Source: Chrysemys picta bellii
Taxonomy: Eukaryota
Assembly (NCBI RefSeq): GCF_011386835.1
Contig: NC_088807.1
Span: 1,178,001-1,242,000 of the forward strand
Length of the DNA stretch: 64,000 nt
Reading direction: 5' to 3'
The position numbers and the translations under genes are program-made. Each line of letters begins with the position of its first letter. The first letter of the stretch is position 1. Under the pieces are notes generated by a model that saw only the letters and a list, made by a program, of their open reading frames with translations, did no database searches and was not told where the DNA came from. Shown here piece after piece: positions 62,521 through 64,000 of the stretch.

Positions 62521-63854
62521 CCGGCAGGTGGGATTGTCGGGGCCCTGCCCCCCCTCGCGGCCATGGGCAATACTGCAGCAGGCGCAGACGCTGGTAATTG
62601 TTGGGGTCGGGGGGGGGGGAGGACTTGGGGTTGATCCCTCTGGAACCAGGACGCAGCAGCAAGCGCCCGAGGGGGGGCTGCTCTCCTGGCCGATCCCACG
62701 GGGCCAGGTGGCACTGGGGCTTTGGGGACACGGCTGCCCTGGCCTGGGCCCAGTGCCGGTGGCGTCAGGGTTTAGTCAGGCCCCGCTCCAGGGCCGCCCA
62801 GAGCGAGGGGCAATTTGCCCCGCGGGGGCCCCCACGAGAATATAGTATTCTATAATATTGCAACTTTTTTTTTATGGAAGGGGCCCCCGAAATTGCTTTG
62901 CCCCAGACCCCCTGAATCCTCTGGGCGGCCCTGCCCCACTCTGTGCAGGATCAGGGCCGTGGCGCGGCCCCTGGGTGCAGGGGCTGGCACAGGATGTGCA
63001 GGGGCAGCGCTGGGCACTGAACCCAGGTGTCCTGCGTCCCAGCCCGGCCCCTCTGGGGGAACGTTGTCAAAGGCGGTCCCCTCACCCTGTCCTTGCCCCG
63101 GATCAGGCTGCCCTGCCCTGTGCGCAAAGCAGCCTCTGAACACCAGCCGCAAAGCTGAGGGGGCCATAACCCCCCTCAGTCCCTGTCACCGGACTCCTGG
63201 GTTCCCTTCCCACCGCTGGGGGCCAGCAGGTACAGAAGGGGAGAATGGGCCAGCCGGGTCCCTGTCTGAACAGGCCCCATGCCCTACCCCAGAGGTGGCT
63301 GCAGCTCAGTGCCAGGGTGGGAGAGGGGGTGTCCCTGGATAACAGCTCTCAAGTCCCACCCCAGAGGTGGCTGCAGCCCGGTGAAGGGGGCGTCCCTGGA
63401 AGCATTTGCGGTCTCAGCTGCAGGAACAACGGGCCCTGGAAATGCCGCGTTAATGAATGCGTCACGGGGGACAAGCGCCCCCTGCTGGCTCAGAACGATT
63501 CATTTTTTTTTTAACCTTTCTTTCTTTTCTTTTTTTTTTACAAACACCACATGGAATTTAAATAGGGGTGGGGGGGTCCTTAACCCCCCCATCAATAAAT
63601 ACACATGCTCCCCTCCCCCCACCATTCCCTTCCCAACCCCGCTCCTCGGGGGCAGCAGCTTCTCCCACAGCAGAGCCTGTGGAGCGGTTGGTGGGTGCGG
63701 TGGGATCTCAGCCCGCTGAGGGTGGGGGATGGTGGTGCAGGCGCAGAGTAAAGAGGCTGGTCCATCCACGAGGGCCCCCCCACAGGTAGGCCTGGTGCCC
63801 CCCGCCGGCTGTGGGGGGTGTACATTCATGGGAGGTGCCCTGGGCTCTGGGGGG

Positions 63855-64000
63855 TCAGTGGGACATGTCGGCATCCAGGCTGTCGGCGTGCGGTGCCCCC
63901 CCGCAGAGCGGCACCGTGCTGTCCTTGCTCTGCCCCTCCATGTCTATGTCCAGCAGTGTCTGGCGGGCGCTGGGGGGGTCCGGCCGCTCCCCCCCGCCTC
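63855..64000 (-). CDS. MAP3K10: MAP3K10 (MLK2) last coding exon, partial
   Basis: Minus strand reads ...[43 protein letters not shown]; MLK C-terminal motif, convergent with TTC9B as in human. Confidence 0.85.
   Translation of the reverse strand, partial: GGGERPDPPSARQTLLDIDMEGQSKDSTVPLCGGAPHADSLDADMSH

Overview
GC-rich vertebrate genomic DNA; the repeat content is most consistent with a turtle microchromosome (inference). The window holds spliced genes orthologous to human 19q13.2: the last 10 coding exons of AKT2 (+), 2-3 candidate 5' exons of an unassigned gene (possibly CCNP/CNTD2), complete EXOSC5 (+, with a U12-type intron), TMEM91 (-, two apparent 1-nt frameshifts), complete B9D2 (+), TGFB1 exon 1 only (+), complete TTC9B (+) and the last codons of MAP3K10 (-). 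Two 500-N gaps (18133-18632, 56728-57227) bracket the EXOSC5-TGFB1 block. Introns are full of minisatellites. Several arrays are built from functional gene boundaries (EXOSC5 exon-1 splice donor x11, B9D2 stop-codon segment x~11, an acceptor-like unit before gap 1) or from the head or tail of a MIR-like CORE-SINE. Nearly all long ORFs in the supplied track are repeat or gap artefacts. There is no CRISPR array or prokaryotic system. Coordinates were counted by hand, and gene names come from recalled protein sequences, not a database search.
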